Positions 17,399 through 25,264 of a stretch of 37,017 nucleotides of DNA are shown one piece after another. Both the position numbers and the translations under genes were made by a program. The DNA lies in NCBI GenBank assembly GCA_964604025.1, contig CAZRXJ010000001.1, positions 1-37,017 of the forward strand, in the 5' to 3' direction. The notes under the pieces are model-generated. The model was not told the origin of the DNA and searched no databases. It was given only the letters and a program-made list of their open reading frames with translations. How positions within the stretch are numbered: position 1 is the stretch's first letter; each line of letters starts with the position of its first letter. The stretch is from an uncultured Saprospiraceae bacterium (GTDB lineage: Bacteria; Bacteroidota; Bacteroidia; Chitinophagales; Saprospiraceae).

Positions 17399-17752
17399 AT
17401 GAAAGCACCAACTGCTAATCTTATCAATTCAGCAACCCTCATCATAATGGGTTTCTTGGGATATTTTGCTACTGATTCTAAAACAGCTTTTATTCTTGTG
17501 GGCTTTGGAGCAGTATTATTACTCTGTCAGAACGGAGTCACTAAAGAAAACAAAGTGATCGCACATATAGCTGTACTCCTTACGCTTCTTGTTTTGTTAT
17601 CCCTCTTAGGCATGAGACTTCCTAAAGCCATTGACGCTGGTGGTATGAGTCTTGTTCGAACTATAATTCCAATTATTACTGGGGTTTTGGCCATGATCGC
17701 TTTTATAGGAAGTTTCAGAGCTGCAAGGAAAGCTCGAGAAGCTGCTAATTAA
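17399..17752 (+). CDS. Small integral membrane protein, unknown function (117 aa, about 4 hydrophobic helices)
   Basis: Four hydrophobic stretches and a basic C-terminal tail (FRAARKAREAAN). It is tightly spaced between the PBP copy 2 gene and the T9SS cargo gene. I recognise no motif. Confidence 0.55.
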   Translation: MKAPTANLINSATLIIMGFLGYFATDSKTAFILVGFGAVLLLCQNGVTKENKVIAHIAVLLTLLVLLSLLGMRLPKAIDAGGMSLVRTIIPIITGVLAMIAFIGSFRAARKAREAAN

Positions 17753-17784
17753 CTTACGTTCATACAGCAATATCTATATGGATA

Positions 17785-19470
17785 TTGAGTTTTTCCTTTG
17801 TGACAGTTCATGCCCCCTTGTTGCAGTGTCGTTCTTTTGTTTTTATAGTTTTGCTATTCTGCATTGCTCATGTCTCATTTGGTCAAAACACTTATAACGC
17901 AAGGTTCAGATTAGCTAGTTTAGATACTGCAACTTCTGAGGTTTGTTATGATCTTCAACTATCTAATAATGGGTTAGAATCTTGGCGTTTATTTGGATTT
18001 AATATCAATCTTTTCTTTGACGCCAGTTTAGCTCAGTTTCTGGACTTTGAAGTTGTTTCTAATAGTCATGTATCTGAGTCGCCTCCGATTTCTCGTGTTT
18101 TACCAAGAGGAACAATTCCTAATTCTGGGCTTGCGTACGACTCCATCGGTTATCTTAGGGTCAATGTAAGCGAACGTATCCAAGGTGAAGGTGAGTTAAT
18201 CGATACAACGGGCGAGTGGATCAGTATACTTCAGTTATGCTTTAACTTAACTATAGATGACATAACTGATCCCAATACATGTTTTTTCATAAATTTTGAT
18301 ACGCCAGAGATTTTAGATGCGGGCATTGTTCCGATAGACGTCGTGCAAGAGTCCGATCCAATAGAATTTGCCATCAATCTTATACCTGATATGAGGATTG
18401 ACTTGGTCCCCGATGGCACCTTCAATTCATGTTTTATTCTTGATGAAGATACTGCCGATCTCTGTAGCGATGGTATAGACAACGATGAAGATGGTCTTAT
18501 GGACTGTATGGATACCTCTTGTGGGCCAGGAGACCTGACAATAATACAGACCGCTATCGAATGCTTCAACCCACTGGGTTCTATTACCATATCTGGTGGA
18601 AATGATGGGCTTTCATACAGTATTGATGGTGGAGCTAATTTCGTTGACACAAATGTTTTTGTTGATTTGTCTCCAAGTATTTATGACATTATTGTTATGA
18701 AGAATGGAATCACAAGTTGTGCTTTTTCTAATCCGGTTATTTTGCAAGCCCCCATGTGCAATGAGGCAGAAGACGAAGACTGTAGTGATGGCTTAGATAA
18801 TGACGGCGATGGTTTTATAGATTGTGAAGATGACAGTTGTCTTCCTCGTTTAGACAGTGTGCTTGTTTCTTTACCAATTAACTGCCCAACATTAGATGAT
18901 GCTTCAATAGAAATATTTTCAGTTTTTCCCAATATAGAATACAGTATCGATGATGGTAACACCTTTGGTCCTGATCCTATTTTTATGGATCTAAGTCAGG
19001 ATACTTTTAGGATCATAATCCGCAATATAAATACGCTGTGCTTAGTAGAGTATGATCAAAACCCCATAATCATCGTTCCTGATACCATTTGTGTGGTACC
19101 AGATGAGAATTGTGGCGATGGCATAGACAATGATTTTGATGGGCTATTAGACTGTTTAGATGAAGATTGCTTTGGGAGAACTCAATGTATCGACATTCCT
19201 TCTTTTTACATACCTAACATAATAGCTATCAATAGTGCGACAAATAACACATTAACCATACAAAGTGAAGAACCAATTAACCTAAGATTTATTAATATCT
19301 ATGATCGCTGGGGAAATCAGGTGTACACCGAATCCAGATCTACTGAAGAAGTCCGCTGGGATGGCAACTTTAGGGGTATTGTACGAACTGGAGTTTATAT
19401 ATATCATATACAACTGGATGTTGATGGAACCGTTATAGATAGGTCAGGAGATATAACAGTAGTTAATTGA
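17785..19470 (+). CDS. Secreted repeat protein with T9SS type B C-terminal sorting domain (gliding-motility-associated CTD)
   Basis: Signal-peptide-like N-terminus (no ATG; TTG 17785 or a downstream GTG/TTG). Three Cys-framed CxDGxDNDxDGxxDCxDxxC motifs alternate with SprB-repeat-like beta modules. The C-terminus ...INIYDRWGNQVYTES...VRWDGNFRGIVRTGVYIYHIQLDVDGTVIDRSGDITVVN matches the type B (CHU_C/SprB-like) CTD pattern xIYNRWG..VF...WDG...G....GVYxYxI. Confidence 0.8.
   Translation: MSFSFVTVHAPLLQCRSFVFIVLLFCIAHVSFGQNTYNARFRLASLDTATSEVCYDLQLSNNGLESWRLFGFNINLFFDASLAQFLDFEVVSNSHVSESPPISRVLPRGTIPNSGLAYDSIGYLRVNVSERIQGEGELIDTTGEWISILQLCFNLTIDDITDPNTCFFINFDTPEILDAGIVPIDVVQESDPIEFAINLIPDMRIDLVPDGTFNSCFILDEDTADLCSDGIDNDEDGLMDCMDTSCGPGDLTIIQTAIECFNPLGSITISGGNDGLSYSIDGGANFVDTNVFVDLSPSIYDIIVMKNGITSCAFSNPVILQAPMCNEAEDEDCSDGLDNDGDGFIDCEDDSCLPRLDSVLVSLPINCPTLDDASIEIFSVFPNIEYSIDDGNTFGPDPIFMDLSQDTFRIIIRNINTLCLVEYDQNPIIIVPDTICVVPDENCGDGIDNDFDGLLDCLDEDCFGRTQCIDIPSFYIPNIIAINSATNNTLTIQSEEPINLRFINIYDRWGNQVYTESRSTEEVRWDGNFRGIVRTGVYIYHIQLDVDGTVIDRSGDITVVN
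18463..19170 (+). repeat. Three copies of a 20-codon Cys/Asp-rich calcium-binding-type motif spaced 106 and 110 codons apart (intragenic protein repeat)
   Basis: Copy 1 at 18463-18522 is CSDGIDNDEDGLMDCMDTSC. Copy 2 at 18781-18840 is CSDGLDNDGDGFIDCEDDSC. Copy 3 at 19111-19170 is CGDGIDNDFDGLLDCLDEDC. The first two are each followed by a beta-rich module of about 85 aa (…GSITISGGNDGLSYSIDGGANF… / …ASIEIFSVFPNIEYSIDDGNTF…). The DNA copies are diverged, so this is not a recent duplication. Confidence 0.8.
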
Positions 19471-19510
19471 TCTTCTTAGGGTTAGAGTTTTTTACATACC
19501 TTCATTAAGC

Positions 19511-22500
19511 ATGACTCAGAAAACAATACTAAAGATTCTTACTTGGACTTGTACACTTTGTCTAATAGTAAGTCATTTGTCAAGTCAAGACATCAGTGTT
19601 GTAGAAGAAACTGCGCCTCTTAATTCTGTCCACAAGTTTGTATTACCTGTTCAAGACAATGAACAATTGCGTCATCAGTACAAGTTTTATGAACCCAACA
19701 AAGCAGGTGTTCTGCATACATTTGCAGAAGCCCTGACAACAGACATTAATTGCAATGATCACGGTACATGGGAAAGTACAAAAGATGGAAACTTGCTATG
19801 GAGACAGCGTATCATCTCTGAGGGTGCATACTCTGTCAACTTAGGTTTTACTGATTTTTTCCTTCCCTCGTCTGCATCATTGTTCGTTTCAGACCCCAAT
19901 AGAACAGTTATTATAGGGCCCTTGACAAAAGAAGACAACGACAGCCATGGGCAATGGTGGTCACCTGTTATACCTGGTGAAGAAGTGGTCATCGAACTAC
20001 AAATAGCTCCAGAACATGTGGAAAAATTGGTTTTAAAAATTGGAAAAGTAAATCATGATTTTTCGGGCTTTGGCGCGCTTCTTTCTGGATCTTGCAATGT
20101 TGACGTCGTTTGTGGAGAAGCAGATGGGCTTGCTGTAGTTGACAAATATAGAGATGTCATCAACAGTGTCGGTCAGATGATGATCAATGGACAGTTCCAA
20201 TGTACTGGCTCTCTTGTTAACAACACTCGCAATGATTGCACGCCGTATGTCATAACTGCAGAACACTGTGGTATCACCACTAGCAATGCTTCTTCGGTGG
20301 TACTATATTGGAATTTTCAAAACAGTCAATGTAGAACACCTGGTTCTTTAGAAAGTGGTAATCCTGGAGATGGTAATAGGGTACAATTCAATTCGGGTTC
20401 AAGTCTGGTAGCCAAATATGATCAAAGTGATTTTTCAATGGTTTTGTTGGACGATCCAGTTGATCCTAACTTCAATCCTTTCTTTTTGGGTTGGGATAGA
20501 GCTGTAGAAGAGGTAGATACTGCTGCAGTGGTTCATCACCCAAGAGGTGATGAAAAAAGAATAAGCTTCGACTATGGTTCTCCTATCTTTAACTTCGATC
20601 GTAACTTCTTAAGAATTGAAAATTGGGAAGTAGGTACAACAGAGTCAGGTTCTTCTGGAAGTCCACTTGTCACAACCGAAGGCCTTGTGATCGGATACCT
20701 ATCTGGAGGAGATGCAGCATGTGGAAATAATCTAGAGGATGATTTCGGTATGTTCAAAAGCTCTTGGGAAGGTGGTGGTACCCCTGAAACAAGATTAAAA
20801 GATTGGTTGGACCCAATCAATACTGGACAAGTTAGTATCAATGGGCGTAATTGTTCAGACCTTGCTATTCTTGATGCCAATGATGTTTCTATATGTGCGG
20901 TGGAAAATCCCCAAGGAAGATTGCAACTTACAGCTACAAATGGATACGACTTGGGAGGAACTTTGAGAACAGAAGATGTGCCGCAAGAACTACAAGTTAG
21001 TTTTTCAAAAGAAGAAATCTTTAATGGCGAGACTGTTGATATTCTTTTTGATGCTGATCAAACAGGACAAAATTCAATTTTTGAGATAAAGCTAATTGTA
21101 GAAAATGATCTCGGTCTTACAGAATACTTTATTACCGTTTCGATATTTAATTCTACTCCTACAAGTCCTACATTGACATTACCATTGGATGGCGCACAAG
21201 GTCTAAATTTTGACGTGCCGTTGTCTTGGTCGGATAATAGTGATATTCAACTATATGAAGTTGAGATTTCATTGAGATCGGATTTCTCATCATTAGACAG
21301 ATCTTTTGATAATCTTTCCGAAGCAAATTTTATACTCAGTGATCTAGAGGCGACTACAACATATTATTGGAGAGTAAAGGGCATCAATAAATGTGGTCAA
21401 GGACAATACTCTACTATTCGTTCTTTTACAACAGGTACAATTGTATGTGAATCTTTTAGTCCTCCAGACCTTCCCATTTCTATTGGCACCGACCCAGTTA
21501 CAATAACCTCTTCTATTAATGTGGAGTCTAATGGGACGATAGCAGATGTGAAGATTAACAATCTTGCAGTCACCCATAGTTGGATTACAGATCTAACCAT
21601 CTCAATTATAAGTCCATCTGGCACCGAGGTTTTTTTAATTGAGACACCTTGTAATGGAGAGTCTAATATCAGAGCATCTTTTGACGATGAAAGCAATTTA
21701 GTTAACCTGGACTGTCCACTGACCTTAGGCAATATTTACAGGCCATTACAATCATTAGCGGCATTTGACGATGAAGACCCCAATGGTATCTGGACACTCA
21801 AGGTGGAAGATGCCATTAGTGAGGATGGCGGAAGTCTAGATGGCTGGTCATTGGAGTTATGCTTGAATAAAGAGACATCCAGCAAAAGTCTGATATCCGA
21901 TTCCTCTTTCATTGAGGTCTGTGATAAGTCTACCGAACCTATAGATCTTATTTTAACGCTTAGCGGTGTTTGGAATAACCCTTCTGCTGCTGTCGTTACA
22001 ACTGGATCTGGTATGAGTATTGCTGCTAGCACAAGCCCGGATCCCGTAGGCACTGCAACAGAGATCGTTGTCAGTATAGCTGATCCTTCTTTGCTTAATG
22101 ATCGAGATCAATTGACTGTATCAATAATGGATGGTGAAGATATTATCACTAGAAATATTGAGATCATCCATACTTCAGATGTAGTCACTCCTACGCTAAC
22201 TAGTCCAGCAGAAGGAGCAACTAATGTTGCGCTCAATCCAGAATTGTCTTGGACAGAATCTCTATCAATAGACGGATCCTATGTTGTTACTCTTTCTGAT
22301 AATCAAAACTTAAGTAATCCTATAGGTACGTTTAATAGCCCAAGTAATAACTTAATAATTGCTAATGAGCTTGAAGGATTGACCATATATTATTGGCAAG
22401 TTACGGCTCAAGGTGTATGTGCTGATAGCAGTTCTCTTGTTGGTTCTTTTATGACAGATGTCAAAGTATCAACAGTAGATCAGACTTTAGCAGGAGCGAG

Positions 22501-22732
22501 GATCTTCCCTTCTCCAGCTAACCATACTGTTTTTCTGGACCTTCAGGACTTAGGATCGAAAAGAGACTTGTCATATGAGCTTGTTACACTTTCTGGACAA
22601 ATCGTATCTAGGGGCGATCTAGTCAACCAGGTATCAGAGATACCTGTTTCTTCTCTTTCTGAAGGTTTATACCTCATCAGTTTGATAAGCCCTGAGGGCT
22701 TATACACGCACAAGATTGTAGTCAGTAGATAA
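19511..22732 (+). CDS. Secreted multidomain trypsin-fold (S1, lysyl-endopeptidase-like) serine protease with proprotein-convertase P-domain and T9SS type A C-terminal sorting domain
   Basis: Signal peptide. Catalytic His in CTGSLVNNTRNDCTPYVITAEHC (His codon 20264-20266), and Ser in TESGSSGSPLV (Ser codon 20654-20656). Two FN3-like modules of about 92 aa ending in TTYYWRV / TIYYWQV (21158-21435 and 22187-22459). P-domain-like segment THSWITDLTISIISPSGTEVFLIE...DPNGIWTLKVEDAISEDGGSLDGWSLELC (about 21457-21862). The C-terminus RIFPSPANHTVFLDL...LSEGLYLISLISPEGLYTHKIVVSR matches the Por_Secre_tail pattern. Confidence 0.85.
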   Translation: MTQKTILKILTWTCTLCLIVSHLSSQDISVVEETAPLNSVHKFVLPVQDNEQLRHQYKFYEPNKAGVLHTFAEALTTDINCNDHGTWESTKDGNLLWRQRIISEGAYSVNLGFTDFFLPSSASLFVSDPNRTVIIGPLTKEDNDSHGQWWSPVIPGEEVVIELQIAPEHVEKLVLKIGKVNHDFSGFGALLSGSCNVDVVCGEADGLAVVDKYRDVINSVGQMMINGQFQCTGSLVNNTRNDCTPYVITAEHCGITTSNASSVVLYWNFQNSQCRTPGSLESGNPGDGNRVQFNSGSSLVAKYDQSDFSMVLLDDPVDPNFNPFFLGWDRAVEEVDTAAVVHHPRGDEKRISFDYGSPIFNFDRNFLRIENWEVGTTESGSSGSPLVTTEGLVIGYLSGGDAACGNNLEDDFGMFKSSWEGGGTPETRLKDWLDPINTGQVSINGRNCSDLAILDANDVSICAVENPQGRLQLTATNGYDLGGTLRTEDVPQELQVSFSKEEIFNGETVDILFDADQTGQNSIFEIKLIVENDLGLTEYFITVSIFNSTPTSPTLTLPLDGAQGLNFDVPLSWSDNSDIQLYEVEISLRSDFSSLDRSFDNLSEANFILSDLEATTTYYWRVKGINKCGQGQYSTIRSFTTGTIVCESFSPPDLPISIGTDPVTITSSINVESNGTIADVKINNLAVTHSWITDLTISIISPSGTEVFLIETPCNGESNIRASFDDESNLVNLDCPLTLGNIYRPLQSLAAFDDEDPNGIWTLKVEDAISEDGGSLDGWSLELCLNKETSSKSLISDSSFIEVCDKSTEPIDLILTLSGVWNNPSAAVVTTGSGMSIAASTSPDPVGTATEIVVSIADPSLLNDRDQLTVSIMDGEDIITRNIEIIHTSDVVTPTLTSPAEGATNVALNPELSWTESLSIDGSYVVTLSDNQNLSNPIGTFNSPSNNLIIANELEGLTIYYWQVTAQGVCADSSSLVGSFMTDVKVSTVDQTLAGARIFPSPANHTVFLDLQDLGSKRDLSYELVTLSGQIVSRGDLVNQVSEIPVSSLSEGLYLISLISPEGLYTHKIVVSR

Positions 22733-22966
22733 TAATGGCTGCGGTGCAAGACCTTCTGTTATGACTAGAAATTGAAGCTGGTTTTAATGCCTGTTGTGTT
22801 CAGTGTTATGCAAGCAGAATGAATAAACATACCCGCTCTGATAATTAATAATTTCCTTTTGATTAGTATCGGTGTTCCAATCAATTTATACAGTATGCTC
22901 CATTACAAATGATAATACTTCTTTTCGGAACTTATTGCTCATTATATTAGTAAGTAATATTGTGTC

Positions 22967-22997
22967 TTTGAAGCATAGGCGTATTAGTTTATTTTTG
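22967..22997 (+). promoter_or_regulatory. Candidate Bacteroidota sigma-A promoter for ypfJ
   Basis: TTTG (22967-22970), a 19-nt spacer, then TATTTTTG (22990-22997). This is a full match to TTTG-N19-21-TAnnTTTG, 51 nt upstream of the ATG at 23049. Confidence 0.45.
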
Positions 22998-23048
22998 CAC
23001 CCGTCTTCTAAGAACAAATTAACATTGAACAACGCTAAATAAAATAAT

Positions 23049-23915
23049 ATGAGATGGGAAGGTCGCCAAGGAAGTAGAAATGTCGAAGATCGAAGAGGTC
23101 AGACAATGAAGCGCGTAGGAGGTGGTATCGGTATCGGTGCAATTCTAATTGCTATCGTCGCCATGTTATTAGGAGACCAAGATGCACTCGGATCACTCAT
23201 GAATGATGCTATTCAAGGTGGTCCTGCAACGCAAACTACGACACAAGAATATCGACCCTCGGCGCAAGAACAAGAATTGGCTCAGATGGTATCAGTAGTA
23301 CTCAAAGAAACAGAAGACGTCTGGGCAGATATTTTTACGCAACAGCTCGGAAGGAGATACCAACCTGCAGTATTAGTCTTGTTTAGTGGTAGTAGTGATT
23401 CAGCATGTGGGTCAGCAAGAGCAGCCACAGGACCATTCTATTGTCCCGCTGATAAAAAGGTGTATATCGATCTCAGTTTCTATGATGAGTTAAGGAGAAA
23501 GTTCAAAGCTCCTGGCGATTTTGCTATGGCTTATGTAGTAGCACATGAAGTCGCTCATCATGTTCAAAATCTTCTGGGCATTACTACACAAATGGATGCT
23601 CAAAGAGGTAGAGTAAGCAAAGAAGCCTATAATGATCTTTCTGTTAGGTTAGAGTTGCAAGCCGACTTCCTATCAGGAGTCTGGGCTAATCACGCTCATC
23701 GTAAAACAGGTTTTTTAGAAAGAGGTGATATAGAGGAAGCGATGAACGCAGCTTCTGCTATCGGTGATGATAGAATCCAAATGGAATCAAGGGGATATGT
23801 GGTGCCAGAATCATTTACTCATGGCACATCTGAGCAACGCATGAGATGGTTGAGAAAAGGACTAGAAACTGGTGACATTAACCAAGGAGATACATTTAGT
23901 GCAAGGACTTTGTAG
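23049..23915 (+). CDS. ypfJ: YpfJ-family neutral zinc metallopeptidase (membrane-anchored)
   Basis: Characteristic N-terminus MRWEGRQGSRNVEDRRG followed by one TM helix. Conserved CGSARAATGPFYCPADKKVYIDLSF and the HExxH motif in AHEVAHHVQNLLG. Confidence 0.85.
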   Translation: MRWEGRQGSRNVEDRRGQTMKRVGGGIGIGAILIAIVAMLLGDQDALGSLMNDAIQGGPATQTTTQEYRPSAQEQELAQMVSVVLKETEDVWADIFTQQLGRRYQPAVLVLFSGSSDSACGSARAATGPFYCPADKKVYIDLSFYDELRRKFKAPGDFAMAYVVAHEVAHHVQNLLGITTQMDAQRGRVSKEAYNDLSVRLELQADFLSGVWANHAHRKTGFLERGDIEEAMNAASAIGDDRIQMESRGYVVPESFTHGTSEQRMRWLRKGLETGDINQGDTFSARTL

Positions 23916-24231
23916 GCAGAAAGCCCTACAAGAAAATGAACTATACGAGTCTATCTCTACAAATATCAATTAACAGATAGCGCTAACCAAGTAATCTATC
24001 TAAAAAGAACTTGGAAGCCTTCATGCAGTATGAATGAGCACAATGAAATCTAAGAAGTGAAGCTCAGTTTGCTTCAGTGAATAATGAAGTGGTCTAAAAA
24101 CAATCAAGAAATAATCTCACTGACTGTTTACTCATTACCCACAATGTTTTAGCTTTGCCGTCCCATTGAGGTGTTGGTAAAGAGTGCTGGAGTTACACAC
24201 CCACACTCGAACCTAAACTCACACCTATATC

Positions 24232-24305
24232 GGGCCTATAGCTCAGCTGGTTAGAGCACCTGACTCATAATCAGGGGGTCTGGGGTTCAAGTCCCTGTGG
24301 GCCCA
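24232..24305 (+). tRNA. tRNA with CAU anticodon (elongator type; probably tRNA-Ile2/lysidine, otherwise tRNA-Met)
   Basis: The cloverleaf was read by hand: acceptor GGGCCTA/TGGGCCC, D-arm GCTC-AGCTGGTTA-GAGC, anticodon arm CCTGA-CTCATAA-TCAGG, variable GGGTC, T-arm with TTCAAGT loop, discriminator A. CCA is not encoded. It lacks initiator features (no 1:72 mismatch, no three consecutive G-C pairs in the anticodon stem). C4-G69 and C5-G68 resemble E. coli tRNA-Ile2. Confidence 0.93.
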
Positions 24306-24311
24306 CATACG

Positions 24312-24343
24312 AAAGGAGATTAGCGAAAGTTGATCTCCTTTTT
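24312..24343 (+). terminator. Rho-independent terminator after the tRNA
   Basis: AAAGGAGAT-(12-nt loop)-ATCTCCTTT gives a 9-bp stem running into TTTTT, 7 nt after the tRNA 3' end. Confidence 0.7.
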
Positions 24344-24434
24344 GAATTTATAAAATCCCTGCTGAATACATATTATATTGTTATTCATATAGCGGAAAAG
24401 ATGCCAAGAAACATTCATCAAAGAAAATCTCACA

Positions 24435-25259
24435 ATGAAAACCAGCTCATTCACACCTAACTGCGGAGTCCTTATAGAAGATGTCAATTTATCCAATCTT
24501 GCTGATCAAGATGCTGAAAATATAAGGCAATTGTTTTTTGAACATGGCCTTATATTTTTCAGAGATCAGAGCCTTTCACCAGAACAGCATATTGCTTTGG
24601 CGGGAATATTTGGTCAAATTGTTCGCAATCGCATTTTTAAATGTCTCCCAGAACATCCAGAGATAGCCGTGGTGAGCAAAGACAAGGATCAAAAAACCAA
24701 TATTGGTGGAGGCTGGCATACCGATCATTCTTATGATGAAGAACCAGCCATGGCATCTATATTAGTTGCGCGAAAGCTTCCTTCTTCTGGAGGTGCCACA
24801 AGATTTGCTAACATGTTGGCGGCATATAAGGATTTGTCAGAAGGATTAAAACAAAGTTTATCTTCTCTAGTTGGGCTACATTCTAATGAACATTTATATG
24901 GTGAAGGCGGATATTTTAGTAAGACTGATCTTCCCGACAAATTAGCCGAGGATATAGAAATTAATCACGCTAAACATCCTGTTATAATTACACATCCAGA
25001 AAGTCAGAAGAAAGTGCTCTATGTTAATAAGGCACATACCATCGGTATTGAAGGTTGGAAAACCGAAGAAGCATTTGCCTTGCTCAATTATCTATATGAA
25101 CATGGTTGTAAAGACCAATACACATGCGAATTTAACTGGTTGCCCGGTTCTATCGCTGTCTGGGATAATAGGACTACTTGGCACTTTGCAAATAATGACT
25201 ACCAAGGCCAAACAAGAATTATGCATCGCATAACAATCGCTGGACAATCATTAAGTTAA
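24435..25259 (+). CDS. TauD/TfdA-family Fe(II)/2-oxoglutarate-dependent dioxygenase
   Basis: GGGWHTDHSYDEEP (HxD iron ligands), GGATRFAN, and distal His/Arg in WDNRTTWHFANNDYQGQTRIMHRITI. The 274-aa size is typical. The substrate cannot be inferred. Confidence 0.85.
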   Translation: MKTSSFTPNCGVLIEDVNLSNLADQDAENIRQLFFEHGLIFFRDQSLSPEQHIALAGIFGQIVRNRIFKCLPEHPEIAVVSKDKDQKTNIGGGWHTDHSYDEEPAMASILVARKLPSSGGATRFANMLAAYKDLSEGLKQSLSSLVGLHSNEHLYGEGGYFSKTDLPDKLAEDIEINHAKHPVIITHPESQKKVLYVNKAHTIGIEGWKTEEAFALLNYLYEHGCKDQYTCEFNWLPGSIAVWDNRTTWHFANNDYQGQTRIMHRITIAGQSLS

Positions 25260-25264
25260 GTTTT

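Noticed and set aside
18231-18962. Two long antisense ORFs (139 aa and 93 aa) inside the type B T9SS cargo gene
   Set aside because: Both are Ser/Pro/Ile-rich and low in complexity. They lie exactly opposite the Asp/Gly-rich repeat codons (GAT/GGT read backwards as ATC/ACC). I see no start context or motif, and the sense-strand gene has strong domain evidence. They are typical shadow ORFs.
19759-22749. A series of minus-strand ORFs (77-111 aa) inside the S1 protease gene
   Set aside because: They are shadow ORFs opposite a well-supported 1073-aa coding sequence. I recognise no motif in them, and they are fragmented and not conserved-looking.
22733-24231. Both non-coding spacers flanking ypfJ are exactly 316 bp, suggesting flanking repeats of an inserted cassette
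   Set aside because: I compared the two spacers by eye and found no shared sequence, and no inverted or direct terminal repeats. The equal length appears to be coincidental.
24232-25259. tRNA-associated genomic islet carrying the TauD-family gene
   Set aside because: I found no integrase or transposase, no direct repeat of the tRNA 3' end downstream, and no obvious composition shift. The next gene converges 5 nt away and is core-like. The TauD gene is simply an orphan dioxygenase of unknown substrate.
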